Under the pieces are notes generated by a model that saw nothing but the letters and a program-made list of their open reading frames with translations, had not been told where the DNA came from and made no database searches. Below, piece by piece: positions 29,175-39,842 of a stretch of 64,000 nt of DNA. This DNA is from Ignavibacteriota bacterium (GTDB taxonomy: Bacteria; Bacteroidota; Ignavibacteria; Palsa-1295): NCBI GenBank assembly GCA_963787835.1, contig CAWBEI010000005.1, positions 1-64,000 of the forward strand, read 5' to 3'. The position numbers and the translations under genes were made by a program. The stretch's first letter is position 1, and each line of letters begins with the position of its first letter.

Positions 29175-30392
29175 TTGACACAGAAGCCACGTCTCGATTC
29201 TATTGATGCTCTGCGTGGTATTGCCGCGCTCATGGTTGCCGGATACCATATCTGGGGACATTATGGGGTCTATCCCTTCCCTTCGATCGGGGTAGTTCCA
29301 TGGACGAGATCGGCGGGGATCTTTAGTTATCTTGTTTCGCCGTTTCGATGGGGGTATTTGGGGGTCGGATTATTTCTGGTGTTGAGTGGATTTAGTATTC
29401 ATCTCTCCTATGCTCGCAAATTTCAGCTTTTGGGGAACTACGGATTTGAATGGCGAAAATTTTATCTGCGAAGATTGTGGAGGTTGTATCCGGCGTATGC
29501 CGTTTCGGTGATCGGGACATTTGTTCTGCTGCTTTTTACCGCGCATGGCACTGATCTTGTCGGCAAGCCACCAACAGTGATGGATCTGCTCACCCACCTT
29601 ACCTTGACGCATGGCTATTTCGATGCTTATTTTTACGGGATCGTCCATGTTTATTGGTCGCTTGCACTGGAGTTCCAGTTATATCTGGCCTATCCTATTT
29701 TTCTTTTTGCATTTCGGAAGTTCGGCCTTTCACGTTCCATTATATTGCTCTCGATCCTATCTTTGATATGGAGATATGTCGTTATGAATATCTTTCATTA
29801 CCAGCTTATTAGCGTCGCTTCCACCGGGCCATATGCGCCGATGGGATTTTTATTTGCCCGCATGCCGGAGTGGTTGTTCGGTGCATGGCTGGCAGAATGG
29901 TACGCCGGTGGCACTACCCGGAACTTCCGGCGCTTACCGTTAGCAATTGGAGGGTTCTCGGTATTATTTGTGGCGATCCTTTCTACGATTTCGGAGCCGT
30001 TATGGGTTTTCTCAGATCTGCTGTTCGGGCTTGGATTTGCTTCTGTGGTCGGGGCTGCGATAGTTCCAGGAACGCAACCTCGTACCCATTCTACCAAGAA
30101 AGGATTCTATGCGCTGATCGTTTGGATCGGGACGATCAGTTATTCCGTTTATTTATTTCACATGCAGCTTTCATGGTTTGCGAATCTCTGGATACGCAAC
30201 CTTTCCAGCGAACCGTTGCAGTTCTTATTACGAGTTATCGTGCTGTTTATTTCTATCCCGATTATAGCAATTATATTCCGTGTTGTAGAAGCGCCATTTC
30301 TTTCTGAGCCACGTCCTGGCTCGACGATATATCCCATTTATAGTACCATTGGCCGATGGATTGGCCTAAGACAGGAAGTTTCAACGCAATAA
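29175..30392 (+). CDS. Acyltransferase family 3 (OafA-like)
   Basis: IDALRGIAAL, GVGLFLVLSGF, RRLWRLYP, WSLALEFQLY, GTISYSVYLFH. Confidence 0.92.
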   Translation: MTQKPRLDSIDALRGIAALMVAGYHIWGHYGVYPFPSIGVVPWTRSAGIFSYLVSPFRWGYLGVGLFLVLSGFSIHLSYARKFQLLGNYGFEWRKFYLRRLWRLYPAYAVSVIGTFVLLLFTAHGTDLVGKPPTVMDLLTHLTLTHGYFDAYFYGIVHVYWSLALEFQLYLAYPIFLFAFRKFGLSRSIILLSILSLIWRYVVMNIFHYQLISVASTGPYAPMGFLFARMPEWLFGAWLAEWYAGGTTRNFRRLPLAIGGFSVLFVAILSTISEPLWVFSDLLFGLGFASVVGAAIVPGTQPRTHSTKKGFYALIVWIGTISYSVYLFHMQLSWFANLWIRNLSSEPLQFLLRVIVLFISIPIIAIIFRVVEAPFLSEPRPGSTIYPIYSTIGRWIGLRQEVSTQ

Positions 30393-30423
30393 ATTCGCTG
30401 AAGAAATTGTTAACTTTAAACTA

Positions 30424-32427
30424 ATGCCAGAACTCAATGAACATGAATTTGCATCGCCCTTACGGTCAAGAATCTTGGCCGGGGTGATCATCTTTGTCTT
30501 TCTCGGATTTTTGGCTCGCTTCATCCAACTACAGATCATTGAAGGGCCGGCGTTATCCGGCGCTGCTATTGAGCAGGGTCTGAAACGAGTCGAGCAAATT
30601 CCCGTTCGGGGTACGATATTCGATCGAAAGGGGAGAGTCGTGGCCGCAAGTGTCCCATCTTTTAGCATTGCAGTTACTCCACAAGACTTTAATCCCTATC
30701 GTAAGCAGACGCTTCCTCTGCTGGCTCGAATTCTTGGAGTTGATACGAATTTTGTCATAGATAAGATCAATCAGGGTGGGTACTACACTCGATTTCAACC
30801 GATCAAAATTTGGCGCGATGCCGATGCGCGCGTGATTGCTCAGATCGAGGAAAATCATGATTCACTTCCGGGAGTCGATGTCGTTACGGAATCGAAGCGA
30901 GAGTATATTGCACCCGTTCGGGCATCGCACCTTCTTGGATATACGAAAGAGATCTCGCAATCTATGCTCGATGCGATCGCCGATACTCAGGACAGCGATT
31001 ATTATCATCCTGGTGACGTCGTTGGTACAACCGGTTTGGAGCAAGTGCATGAGCGGGAACTGCGCGGAGTCAAAGGGTTAGATTTTATTGCTGTCGATGC
31101 GAAAGGGCAGCGGCAGGAGCGGCTGAATCAAGGTACCACCGATGTATCGAGTGTCGATGGCGAGTCCATTCAACTTGGGATGGATATTGATTTACAGGAA
31201 TATGCGGAGCAGTTGCTCAATCCCTATCATGGAGCGATCGTTGCGCTTGACCCTCGAAATGGAGAAATTTTGGCAATGGTCTCCAAACCGGATTTTGATC
31301 TCGATATTTTTTCAGGAAAAACGACGAAACAAGAGTATCAGGAAGTCATGCTCGATCCAGCGCACCCACTTTACAACCGGGCATTGCAAACGCGGTACCC
31401 ACCCGGCTCGACGTGGAAGCTCTTGATGGCCGCAGCATGCCTCAATTCTAAAACGATCCCATTCGATTTTAAATTACAGTGCCCCGGATATTTTACGTTT
31501 GGCGATCATACCTATAATGACGATGCTGTACATGGCTCGGTAGATGTGCATTCGTCCATCGTTCGTTCGTGTGACGTATTCTATTATCGTATGATCTTGA
31601 AACTTGGCATCGACTCGATGTATAAATATGCTCGTGAGTTCGGATTTGATCAGGTGACGGGAGTTGATATTAGTCACGAGGGGACCGGATATGTTCCTAA
31701 CACGAAGCGAATGAATAAGCTGTACCCGCGAGGATGGACACTGGGATATGTCGTAAGTCAGGGAATTGGGCAAGGCGAAATTGGCGTTACGCCGATGCAA
31801 CAGGCTGCGTATGTTGCAACGTGGGCGAATCATGGCGTTTGGGTACAGCCACACACTGCGCGGCGAATCTATAATACGCAAACCGGGAAGTGGGATACGG
31901 TCGCATATAAATCCCATAAATTACCGATCTCTGACTCTATCATTGAAACTGTTCGTCGGGCGATGCTCGGCGTTGTAAATGAACCCGGCGGCACAGCGCA
32001 TCAAGCGCAGATACCCAATTCCAAGATCCAGATCGCCGGTAAAACTGGAACAGCCCAAAATCCTCACGGAAAACCCCATGCGTGGTTCGATTGTTTTGCA
32101 CCATACGACCACCCCAAGATCGCGATCTGTGTTTTAGTGGAGAATGCCGGATTCGGTGGCGACATTTCCGCACCCATTTGCCGAAAACTTGTGAACTTTT
32201 ATCTTACTGGGACCCGTGAGGATCCTCCGCCAACTATTTTGCCAAATACCCCTGCGTACGAAGCAATGAAAGCAGATAAATATGGACAGCGACCTACTCC
32301 GAACTCAGTAAGCAAGCAACGTACATCCGCCGCTATTCAGAGTTCTCACCCAAGGCAGTACCGGTTATTCGATGCAGCGCAGGGACTGGAGCAATGTGAC
32401 CTCCTTGACCCGAAGAAGAAGTTCTAA
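30424..32427 (+). CDS. mrdA: Penicillin-binding protein 2
   Basis: RGTIFDRKG, YPPGSTWK (SxxK), SCDVFYY, GIGQG, AGKTGTAQ. Confidence 0.92.
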   Translation: MPELNEHEFASPLRSRILAGVIIFVFLGFLARFIQLQIIEGPALSGAAIEQGLKRVEQIPVRGTIFDRKGRVVAASVPSFSIAVTPQDFNPYRKQTLPLLARILGVDTNFVIDKINQGGYYTRFQPIKIWRDADARVIAQIEENHDSLPGVDVVTESKREYIAPVRASHLLGYTKEISQSMLDAIADTQDSDYYHPGDVVGTTGLEQVHERELRGVKGLDFIAVDAKGQRQERLNQGTTDVSSVDGESIQLGMDIDLQEYAEQLLNPYHGAIVALDPRNGEILAMVSKPDFDLDIFSGKTTKQEYQEVMLDPAHPLYNRALQTRYPPGSTWKLLMAAACLNSKTIPFDFKLQCPGYFTFGDHTYNDDAVHGSVDVHSSIVRSCDVFYYRMILKLGIDSMYKYAREFGFDQVTGVDISHEGTGYVPNTKRMNKLYPRGWTLGYVVSQGIGQGEIGVTPMQQAAYVATWANHGVWVQPHTARRIYNTQTGKWDTVAYKSHKLPISDSIIETVRRAMLGVVNEPGGTAHQAQIPNSKIQIAGKTGTAQNPHGKPHAWFDCFAPYDHPKIAICVLVENAGFGGDISAPICRKLVNFYLTGTREDPPPTILPNTPAYEAMKADKYGQRPTPNSVSKQRTSAAIQSSHPRQYRLFDAAQGLEQCDLLDPKKKF

Positions 32428-32430
32428 GAC

Positions 32431-34689
32431 TTGGATTCTTCAAACTTGGGTAAGAAAACAACTCTCCCGAAGACAAATGTGAGCAACGACCCATCGGAGT
32501 CCCGGAAGAATATCGAGTTAAGAAATTATCCAAACGGTGGGTATTACCTCTGTTGGTTGGTGTATTTGCTCTATTGTTATGCATCGTTTCATCCAATGGG
32601 GCCGGTATGGGGGATTCATTTTATTGCTTATGTTCCTCTGACTCTAAAACTTACACTTCTCGCCGCCGGTGGACTGCTTCTCGTTCCAGGTGTCCAACGT
32701 TCTCTTTTTGTTCGAATCACTCATTTGACCGCTCCGTTGAAGGTTGAAAAAAAGGTGAGGATCCTTCCCGTTGTGATCATTGCTGCTGTCTGCTTCATGA
32801 TTTTTAGGAGCCTTACCATCGCAACCGACATATACGGAGATGATATTCTTATGCTGAAAGATTATCACAACAACAGCATCTTCGATTGGAACTGGATCGG
32901 CGACGTATTTAGCCCTAAGCTGGTTGTCAATAAAGAGGCGCTCACTGTTGCTGTACACCGGATCGTAGCACATCTTTTTTCTATCTCCATTGCATCATCC
33001 TATAAGATCATGAGCGAGTTTTGTGGAGCGCTCTTCATTGGTATCTGGGTCTGGTTCGTTCAAAAGATCACTGTTGATAATAATAAGTCAACCTGGCCGC
33101 TTAGAATAGTCCTTATAGTGCTTGGAATGTTTGCAGGCGGAATTCAGGTGTTTTTTGGCCATGTCGAAAATTATTCCTTTGGTATTCTGACATTCACGTT
33201 CTTTCTTGTTGCACTTTATTTTTTTATTGAGGAGAAGATCGGAACGCTCGCATTTGTCCTCATCTATTTACTTGCGTTCAAGGCGCATATCATTGGAGTT
33301 CTTTTTTCTCCTGCCTTCCTTGTGGCAATTCTATACCGGTATCGGCATAAACTACCGAAGGTTCCATCGCTTTTCCATTGGCGAGCGATGCTTTGGACGG
33401 TCATTCTTCCGGCATTCATGCTTGGAGTCGTGCTTTATATTTTTCTATTCCATTCCTGGGATGAGCCTTACGCCTATACAACGGGGCGACAATTTCAACA
33501 ATCCTTCCTTCCGATCGTTGGACTTCCGCCACCTCTCGACCATTACTCCCTCTTGTCTCCAAATCATATCGCAGATCTGTTCAATCTCATATTAATAGTC
33601 GCTGCACCCATCATCCTGATGTTGGTGAGTATTATGGTCTTTAACCGCAAAGAACTTTCGTGGTCTCAGCCGAACGTGATGATCTTTGGTCTTGCTGCAC
33701 TATTTCCATTTCTCTTTTTCCTTGCGATGAACCCAATGCTTTCACCCATGCGAGATTGGGATGTTTATACGCTCTTGTTCCCGCCGTTACTCTTTTTTCT
33801 ATTCATGTTGCTGACCCAATCTCAACTTCGTGTGTATGGGCACGTATGGCTCGCACATACATTAGTCTTTGGGGTATTATTTACCTCTGTCCTGATAGCA
33901 GTCAATGCTTCGCCAGATGAGCTGCAACTCCGTCTGCAGGATGCTGGAGTTTATACTTATCACACGTATTATGCAGGATCAGATTACATTGAGGCGCGTT
34001 CATTCGAAATTGCGGATACCTCCAAGTACGCTCACGCCCATTTTGCCACTTTAGTTACTGGATTGGCTCTAGAGCCATTTGCAGGAAATAATCCGGAGTT
34101 AGCGGTGATGATGTCTCGTCTGGCAAGTTATTATGCTTCCATCAATGATGGGGATTCGGCTCTTGTTTGGGCTGAAGCAGCATGCAAAACCGATTCAAGG
34201 ATTCACCGGTATTTTCTGGATCTGGCTGGATATTATGTTCAAATGGACCGTCTTGAGGAAGGATCAAAGGTTCTGACGCAATTCTTAAAAAATCGAGAGG
34301 AACGGGATGATACGGATAATTCTTACCTTGACCAAATTGCTGCCACGATGGCTCAATTAGGTGCGCGTTATAGTCGCCAGGGAAAAGATAGCCTGACCAT
34401 TGTTTGGGCTGAGGCTGCAAGAAAAATGGAGCCTCGCACCCTAAGCTACACCACCGATCTTGCAGCATATTACATACAGACAGAACGGCCTCGCCAAGCA
34501 CTTAGTCTTTTACGGACTATTTCTCCAGATTCCGCTTCTATCGATATTCTTAGCATGTCGGGTCTTGCAGCAGCAGATGTATTAGGACCCGATAGTGGGC
34601 TGCCCTATCTATACCGAGCAAAAGAAATGGCACCACATAATGCTACCATAGATTCCATGATTTTGACATTGAAACGGTCTCCTCGTTAA
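32431..34689 (+). CDS. Polytopic membrane protein (GT-C-like) with C-terminal TPRs
   Basis: Many hydrophobic segments, acidic loop DIYGDD, GHVENY, RDWD and a TPR-like C-terminus. The TTG start is uncertain. Confidence 0.65.
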   Translation: MDSSNLGKKTTLPKTNVSNDPSESRKNIELRNYPNGGYYLCWLVYLLYCYASFHPMGPVWGIHFIAYVPLTLKLTLLAAGGLLLVPGVQRSLFVRITHLTAPLKVEKKVRILPVVIIAAVCFMIFRSLTIATDIYGDDILMLKDYHNNSIFDWNWIGDVFSPKLVVNKEALTVAVHRIVAHLFSISIASSYKIMSEFCGALFIGIWVWFVQKITVDNNKSTWPLRIVLIVLGMFAGGIQVFFGHVENYSFGILTFTFFLVALYFFIEEKIGTLAFVLIYLLAFKAHIIGVLFSPAFLVAILYRYRHKLPKVPSLFHWRAMLWTVILPAFMLGVVLYIFLFHSWDEPYAYTTGRQFQQSFLPIVGLPPPLDHYSLLSPNHIADLFNLILIVAAPIILMLVSIMVFNRKELSWSQPNVMIFGLAALFPFLFFLAMNPMLSPMRDWDVYTLLFPPLLFFLFMLLTQSQLRVYGHVWLAHTLVFGVLFTSVLIAVNASPDELQLRLQDAGVYTYHTYYAGSDYIEARSFEIADTSKYAHAHFATLVTGLALEPFAGNNPELAVMMSRLASYYASINDGDSALVWAEAACKTDSRIHRYFLDLAGYYVQMDRLEEGSKVLTQFLKNREERDDTDNSYLDQIAATMAQLGARYSRQGKDSLTIVWAEAARKMEPRTLSYTTDLAAYYIQTERPRQALSLLRTISPDSASIDILSMSGLAAADVLGPDSGLPYLYRAKEMAPHNATIDSMILTLKRSPR

Positions 34690-34847
34690 GAACCTCATCA
34701 TAAGACCATCCGATTGAGCCCGAGGGTGTGCTATTCAGCATCAATAATATACCATTCGAGGTTTGTTAGTAGTGAACCATCTTAGCCATTGTTCGATTAA
34801 AGTCAGGCATCTTCAAATAGAGAATATTTCATTTAGCAAACCCCATT

Positions 34848-35720
34848 ATGCGACTTCGATCGAAACTATCGATTTACCTATTTAGCTTTCTTCTTTGTCA
34901 GACCGCTTCTGCTCAAACGACTTCGAATGTGCCGCCTGTTGTCCCACACGATACCCTTTGGCATAATGAGCTTGTGGTTGGGATTAATCTTACACAAGTC
35001 AGCTTTACTCATTGGCAGGCTGGTGGTGTGAATGCACTGGCGTATGCGGCTGCTATTACCGGTAAATCGGTGCGAAATGATCCAAGCACGACCTGGACGA
35101 ATACCTATAAATTTGCGTTCGGACAATCGGATAACAATGGTGAGGGCATTCGAACGTCCGATGACGAGATCGCACTGGAATCGCTCCTAACCTTTAAAGT
35201 CGATAGCACGCTCAACCCCTATCTTGACGCTTCGCTATTCACTCAATTTGCTCCTGGCTATCAATATCCCGATAGCGGGGCTGCGCAGGAGGTTTCCAAT
35301 TTCTTCGATCCAGCGTTCATCAAAGAAAGCGCAGGATTTGACTGGTTGGCTTCGAAAGAATTTCAATCGCGGTTAGGGCTTGCGCTCCGAGAGATCATCA
35401 CCGATCATTACAACCAATATGCAAACGATCCCAGCTCTCCTGGGATACATAAAACACGCATTGAGGGTGGTGTCGATTTCGCGAGCCACCTTAAATTAAA
35501 GCTTGACGATAATGTGCTCTTTAATGCCAATCTCGATCTTTTCGATCCTATCCGAACACTCGACCGTGTTGTGGTTCACGCGGATGCCAGCATTGTTGCG
35601 AAGGTCAGTAAATGGTTCTCAGCACAGATCACAGCTTCATTCATCAACGAGCCGGATATTTCTCCTTACACTCAAATTCAGGAAGGAATTTCCGTCGGAA
35701 TCAATTATTCGATTTTTTGA
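34848..35720 (+). CDS. DUF3078 family outer-membrane protein
   Basis: NLTQVSFTHWQAGG, TQFAPGY, SNFFDPA. Confidence 0.85.
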   Translation: MRLRSKLSIYLFSFLLCQTASAQTTSNVPPVVPHDTLWHNELVVGINLTQVSFTHWQAGGVNALAYAAAITGKSVRNDPSTTWTNTYKFAFGQSDNNGEGIRTSDDEIALESLLTFKVDSTLNPYLDASLFTQFAPGYQYPDSGAAQEVSNFFDPAFIKESAGFDWLASKEFQSRLGLALREIITDHYNQYANDPSSPGIHKTRIEGGVDFASHLKLKLDDNVLFNANLDLFDPIRTLDRVVVHADASIVAKVSKWFSAQITASFINEPDISPYTQIQEGISVGINYSIF

Positions 35721-35790
35721 TTCAACGCATACTGATTCTTCAAAATAATTTTTAACATCCCATTTAAGCCACCACATTTAAGGAGTAATT

Positions 35791-36198
35791 ATGATAAAGC
35801 AATTCAAGGAATTTCTCACAAAAACAAATGCACTTGCGCTCGCCGTCGGAGTTATTATCGGAGCGGCAACCGGTAAAGTTGTTACCGGTATCGTCAGCGA
35901 TCTTTTAATGCCCCTTATAAGCCTTGTGCTACCCGCCGGCGATTGGCGAGAGAAGGAATTCGTCCTAAAAAGCGTGGTGGATGCTGCCGGTAAGGTGACG
36001 GTCACCTCGATCAAATATGGCGATCTCGTCGGGAACGTCATCGATTTTCTCATTATCTCCTATGTAGTATTCTGGATCGCAAAGGCATTCGTTCCGAAAG
36101 AGGTTGCGCCTGCGCCCATGAAAGAATGCCCCGAATGCCTCGAAAGCATTCCTGCCGCCGCGAAGAAATGCAAGGCGTGTGGGTCGGTGGTGGCCTAG
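35791..36198 (+). CDS. mscL: Large-conductance mechanosensitive channel with C-terminal Cys4 motif
   Basis: FKEF..K.NALALAVGVIIGAA, DLLMP, IKYG, IDFLII; tail CPEC...CKAC. Confidence 0.9.
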   Translation: MIKQFKEFLTKTNALALAVGVIIGAATGKVVTGIVSDLLMPLISLVLPAGDWREKEFVLKSVVDAAGKVTVTSIKYGDLVGNVIDFLIISYVVFWIAKAFVPKEVAPAPMKECPECLESIPAAAKKCKACGSVVA

Positions 36199-36215
36199 GT
36201 GATCTATTTATACAG

Positions 36216-36240
36216 AGGCAAGGCAACTTGCCTGTATCTT
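36216..36240 (+). terminator. Hairpin after mscL (probable terminator)
   Basis: AGGCAAG-GCAA-CTTGCCT followed by gtatctt. Confidence 0.5.
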
Positions 36241-36259
36241 CCATTGTTTAATTCTTATA

Positions 36260-36550
36260 ATGGATCTACTTCCAACCATATTAGAAAAACGCAATGAAAT
36301 TGCAGCGATAGCCAGCAAGCATGGGGCAACGAATGTCCGAGTGTTTGGATCCATCGCCCGGCGCGACGCTCAACCAGATAGCGACCTCGATCTTTTAGTG
36401 GATGTCGGTTCACAACATTCGCCGTGGTTTCCCGTTCAATTGATTCATGAGTTGCAAACGCTCCTGAACCGGAATGTCGATATTGTAACCGAGCGATCGC
36501 TCTATCCGAGATTGCGTGAACATGTTCTTCGTGATGCTATTCCATTATGA
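36260..36550 (+). CDS. MNT (minimal nucleotidyltransferase) antitoxin, MntA-like
   Basis: VFGSIAR...DSDLDLLV (GSx10DxD); ATGA overlap with the HEPN gene. Confidence 0.9.
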   Translation: MDLLPTILEKRNEIAAIASKHGATNVRVFGSIARRDAQPDSDLDLLVDVGSQHSPWFPVQLIHELQTLLNRNVDIVTERSLYPRLREHVLRDAIPL

Positions 36551-36879
36551 AGGACGAGAAGATCCTTCTTGAATTCATTCTTGAAGCGATAGATCGAATT
36601 CTTCGATTCACCGAGGAGGGGGAGACGACTTTCTATCAGGATGTAAAAACTCAGGATGCTGTTCTTCGAAATTTCCAAACCATTGGACAGGCGTCGGATG
36701 ATATTAGTGATGAAACTCAATTAGCACACCCTGAAATAGAATGGGGAGACATTATTGGTTTTCGAAATGTTATCGTGCATGATTATCTTGGTCTTGATTT
36801 GCCGACTGTGTGGTCGATTATAGCTGAGGAATTGCCTCCACTTCGCGAAAAAATCAAAAGGTTAGTTGAAGGAAGATAG
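36547..36879 (+). CDS. HEPN/DUF86 ribonuclease toxin, HepT-like
   Basis: DAVLRN, IEWGDIIGFRNVIVHDY (Rx4HxY). Confidence 0.9.
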   Translation: MKDEKILLEFILEAIDRILRFTEEGETTFYQDVKTQDAVLRNFQTIGQASDDISDETQLAHPEIEWGDIIGFRNVIVHDYLGLDLPTVWSIIAEELPPLREKIKRLVEGR

Positions 36880-36953
36880 CTCCTTTGGAGCATTTCCCGG
36901 CTCCATTCTGTTCTCGCCGCCTCACTCGAAAGAAAGTACAGGTTTAGCAAGGC

Positions 36954-38756
36954 GTGGCGCTCGAAAACATTCGAAATTTTTGCATTATTGCCCATATCGA
37001 TCACGGGAAATCGACGCTGGCGGATAAGCTATTGCTGGAAACGCATACGCTCGAAGCCCGCGAGATGACCAATAATCAGATGCTCGACGATATGGCGCTC
37101 GAGCAGGAGCGTGGCATTACGATAAAGCTCCACGCCATCCAAATGAAATATCTGGCGCAGGATGGCAAGGATTACATTTATAACCTGATCGATACTCCTG
37201 GTCACGTCGATTTTACTTACGAAGTAAGCCGAAGCCTCGCCGCGTGTGAGGGCGCGTTGCTTGTTGTTGATGCCACACAGGGCGTGGAGGCGCAAACGAT
37301 AGCAAATCTCTTCTTAGCGATTGATGCTGGGTTGGAGATCATCCCGGTTTTGAACAAAGTTGATTTGCAATCAGCGATGATCGAAGAGGTGAGCCATCAG
37401 ATCATAGATCTCATCGGCTGCAAACGGGAAGATATTATTCTTGCAAGCGCCAAGGCAGGAATTGGTATTAAGGATGTGCTGGAAGCAGTCCGGCTGCGCA
37501 TTCCACATCCGAAAGGTGATGTCGATGCTCCGCTTCGTTGTCTGATCTTCGATTCTGTGTTCGATTCTTATCGCGGCTCCATCGTCTATATGCGCGTCTT
37601 CGATGGGACGATCAAAGAGGGTGCCGAGATCCTTTTTATGGCGACGAAGCAGAAATACCGCGTGGAAGAAGTTGGCACACTAAAAATGCGGCGAGAGAAG
37701 AAGCAACAGCTTTCGGCCGGAGATGTTGGCTATCTCATCGCCGGAGTCAAGGACGTAAAAGATACCCGTGTTGGAGATACGGTCACGCATTTTCGGAATG
37801 GTGCAAGCGAGGCAATTGCGGGGTTCAAGTTATCGAAGCCGATGGTTTTTGCGGGACTCTATCCACAATCGGCAGAAGATTTCACCGAGCTACGGGATTC
37901 ACTTGACAAACTTTCGTTGAATGACTCCTCGCTCATTTATGAGCCAGAGAGTTCCATCGCACTTGGGTTTGGTTTTCGATGCGGATTTCTTGGCTTGCTC
38001 CACATGGAGATCATCCAGGAGCGTCTGGAACGAGAGTTTGGCCAGTCGCTTGTTACGACGGTTCCTAACGTTGAATATCGTGTAACAACGACGCGTGATG
38101 AGGTCGTAGTTGTCGATAATCCATCATCCATGCCCGATCCTGGGAGGATCGAATGGGTGGAAGAACCATATATCAAAGCGCAGATCATCGTACCGAGCGA
38201 ATATGTTGGTGCCATCATGAAGCTCTCGAACGAGCGGCGCGGTATTTACAAGACGACCAGCTATATCGACCCCACCCGAGCCGATATTCACTACGAATTC
38301 CCGCTTTCCGAGATCATTTTCGATTTTTACGATAAGCTGAAATCCATCTCGCGCGGCTATGCTTCTCTGGATTATGAATTTCTGGAATATCGCCGCAGCG
38401 ATCTCGTAAAACTTGATATTTTGCTCAATGGAGACCCCGTTGATGCTTTTTCGACCATTGTTCACCGCGATAAGGCGTATGACTGGGGTAAAAAACTTTG
38501 CTCGAAACTTAGGGAGCTGATTCCACGTCAAATGTTCGAAGTTGCCATTCAGGCAGCTATCGGAGCGAAGATCATTGCCCGCGAAACCGTGAGCGCATTG
38601 CGTAAAGACGTCACCGCAAAGTGCTATGGTGGCGACATTTCTCGCAAACGCAAACTGCTCGAAAAGCAAAAAGAGGGTAAGAAACGAATGAAGCAAGTCG
38701 GACGTATCGAAGTGCCGCAGGAAGCATTCCTCGCCGTATTACAAATCTCGGAATAA
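36954..38756 (+). CDS. lepA: Elongation factor 4
   Basis: [45 protein letters not shown]. Confidence 0.98.
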   Translation: MALENIRNFCIIAHIDHGKSTLADKLLLETHTLEAREMTNNQMLDDMALEQERGITIKLHAIQMKYLAQDGKDYIYNLIDTPGHVDFTYEVSRSLAACEGALLVVDATQGVEAQTIANLFLAIDAGLEIIPVLNKVDLQSAMIEEVSHQIIDLIGCKREDIILASAKAGIGIKDVLEAVRLRIPHPKGDVDAPLRCLIFDSVFDSYRGSIVYMRVFDGTIKEGAEILFMATKQKYRVEEVGTLKMRREKKQQLSAGDVGYLIAGVKDVKDTRVGDTVTHFRNGASEAIAGFKLSKPMVFAGLYPQSAEDFTELRDSLDKLSLNDSSLIYEPESSIALGFGFRCGFLGLLHMEIIQERLEREFGQSLVTTVPNVEYRVTTTRDEVVVVDNPSSMPDPGRIEWVEEPYIKAQIIVPSEYVGAIMKLSNERRGIYKTTSYIDPTRADIHYEFPLSEIIFDFYDKLKSISRGYASLDYEFLEYRRSDLVKLDILLNGDPVDAFSTIVHRDKAYDWGKKLCSKLRELIPRQMFEVAIQAAIGAKIIARETVSALRKDVTAKCYGGDISRKRKLLEKQKEGKKRMKQVGRIEVPQEAFLAVLQISE

Positions 38757-38765
38757 AGAACATAC

Positions 38766-39842
38766 ATGGCAGATAAGACTACCACGGGCAAGGGAACCCC
38801 TGCTTCCGGCGATGCGAAGCGCAATCGTTCCTATGCTGAAATTCGCGCAGATCGCGATGCCAAGAAGCCTCAGTCCTCTTCGCCGGAAAAGCTGGGATGG
38901 GGTCGAGCTGTCTTTGGCTCAATTCTTTCGTTTCTTAATATCACTAGTATGGGAACCGTGCCAGCACTACCCCCACGAAAGAACGAGAGCTGGATTCGCT
39001 CCCTTATTTACGCGGGTCTGATCGCATTTATCATTCGGACGTTCTTCTTCGAGGCATTCCGTATCCCATCCGGCTCGATGAAGAACACTTTGCTCGTTGG
39101 TGACCATCTTTTCGTCAATAAGATCGGCTATTTTATTGAAACGCCCAAATATATTCCATTCACAGAGACCGAGATTCCGCATCTTCACATCAAGACATGG
39201 AGTGTGAATCGCGGTGATGTCGTGGTGTTTGAATATCCAGGCGATCAGGGTGAGGTGGTTCCGCATGAGAAAAAGGTTAACTATATCAAACGGTGCATTG
39301 GGCTGCCGGGCGATGTGATCCAGATAAAGAACAAGCAGGTCTATGTGAATGGAAGCATATTCCCCAACCCGCCGGAGTCTATTCTTGAATCGGATACAGA
39401 AAAACAAGGGGTAGTCGATCCGAGAATATTTCCTCATGGCGCACAGTGGAATAAAGATAATTATGGGCCGATCAAAATTCCTAAAAGTGGCGATGTCATT
39501 CCAGTAAATAAAGATAATATCGAACAATGGGAAGTATTCATCCAGCGCGAAGGACACAAAGTGGAGCTTGGCATGAACGATCAGATCATGATCGACGGAA
39601 AACCGACAAAGGAGTATAAAGTCCAATGGGATTACCTTTGGATGATGGGTGATAATCGCGACGATTCCGAAGATTCACGGTTCTGGGGATTTGCGCCGAT
39701 GGATAATGTTGTGGGCAGTGGATTTATTATCTATTGGTCATGGTACAATCCGCCGTCTTCCGGCAATGGTGATGGGTACGATCCCGATGAAGTACAAAAG
39801 ACCCATATTCGGTGGGACAGGATGGGCAATTTAATCCATTGA
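38766..39842 (+). CDS. lepB: Signal peptidase I
   Basis: IPSGSM, GDHLFVNK, YIKRCIG, MGDNRDDSEDSRFWG. Confidence 0.95.
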   Translation: MADKTTTGKGTPASGDAKRNRSYAEIRADRDAKKPQSSSPEKLGWGRAVFGSILSFLNITSMGTVPALPPRKNESWIRSLIYAGLIAFIIRTFFFEAFRIPSGSMKNTLLVGDHLFVNKIGYFIETPKYIPFTETEIPHLHIKTWSVNRGDVVVFEYPGDQGEVVPHEKKVNYIKRCIGLPGDVIQIKNKQVYVNGSIFPNPPESILESDTEKQGVVDPRIFPHGAQWNKDNYGPIKIPKSGDVIPVNKDNIEQWEVFIQREGHKVELGMNDQIMIDGKPTKEYKVQWDYLWMMGDNRDDSEDSRFWGFAPMDNVVGSGFIIYWSWYNPPSSGNGDGYDPDEVQKTHIRWDRMGNLIH

